A stretch of 50,202 nt of DNA from a virus. Positions 50,025 to 50,202 of the stretch are shown piece by piece (positions within the stretch are counted from its first letter, which is position 1; the number at the start of each line of letters is the position of its first letter). The notes under the pieces are model-generated. The model was not told the origin of the DNA, did not search any database, and saw only the letters and a list, made by a program, of their open reading frames with translations. Both the position numbers and the translations under genes were made by a program. The stretch lies in IMG/VR virus record IMGVR_UViG_3300045988_017301; one strand, given 5' to 3'.

Positions 50025-50202
50025 TTACGCTGCGACCCCGACAGGTGGTAAAAGAAGGACGGCGGCCCCGATGCTCCAGGCGGCAGCCCCGGCAGCGTTG
50101 TGCACAGGCAAGGCGCGCAAACCAGCAGCCGTACCGTTGTTGCAAGTACCGAACCGAAGGGCGACCGCCACAATCTCGACATTCTGCCATAATCCGTCAC
50201 AG
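50025..50202 (-). CDS. DGR target protein, C-terminal part containing VR (the continuation of 1..1155 across the circle junction; 50148-50202 duplicates 1-55)
   Basis: The frame continuing from base 1 reads ..VEIVAVALRFGTCNNGTAAGLRALPVHNAAGAAAWSIGAAVLLLPPVGVAA*, with TAA at 50025-50027. Confidence 0.85.
   Translation of the reverse strand, partial: CDGLWQNVEIVAVALRFGTCNNGTAAGLRALPVHNAAGAAAWSIGAAVLLLPPVGVAA
50061..50169 (-). repeat. DGR variable repeat (VR), 109 bp
   Basis: It differs from the TR at 15 positions, 14 of them TR adenines on the coding strand. Confidence 0.9.
50148..50202. repeat. Second copy of the 55-bp terminal overlap
   Basis: Identical to 1..55. Confidence 0.95.

Noticed and set aside
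49943-50200. The ORF-track 85-aa minus-strand ORF across the VR
   Set aside because: It is the wrong frame. The frame that continues the 385-codon ORF from base 1 gives the AAY/lectin-type VR reading and stops at 50025.

Overview
The window is a circularly closed phage genome of about 50,147 bp: bases 1-55 are identical to 50148-50202. Nearly all genes are on the minus strand. The virion module has lambda-type packaging and head genes: Nu1-like TerS, GpA-like TerL, gpW, a lambda-family portal, an HK97-type protease and a capsid protein. It also has a P2/PBSX-type contractile tail: sheath, tube, a chaperone with a -1 frameshift, tape measure, LysM protein, gpD/V/W/J/I-like baseplate proteins and a fibre. 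The lysis cassette (XkdW/XkdX-like genes, holin, GH25 endolysin with three Cpl-7 repeats) points to a Gram-positive (Firmicutes) host. The replication/early module contains a primase-SF3 helicase beside an iteron-rich putative origin. It also carries VRR-NUC, a split SNF2 ATPase, an HD hydrolase, three DNA methyltransferases of different classes and many small zinc-ribbon proteins. The main system is a complete diversity-generating retroelement (RT 48380-49603, TR 49798-49906, VR 50061-50169). Its target is the last tail-fibre gene, which is cut by the linearisation point (1155->1, continuing 50147->50025). Other points worth a second look:
- An IS30-family DDE transposase is the only recombinase, and a stand-alone paralog of its HTH domain lies next to two 36-bp palindromes.
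- A roughly 420-nt ORF-free, helix-rich region.
- A promoter-gene-terminator moron with a G9 tract exactly filling the -35/-10 spacer.
- A long A-depleted tract carrying iterons.
- A tRNA-like double T-loop element.
- Duplicated promoter cassettes driving tiny hydrophobic peptides on the plus strand.
All functional calls rest on motif recognition by eye. No database searches were run.
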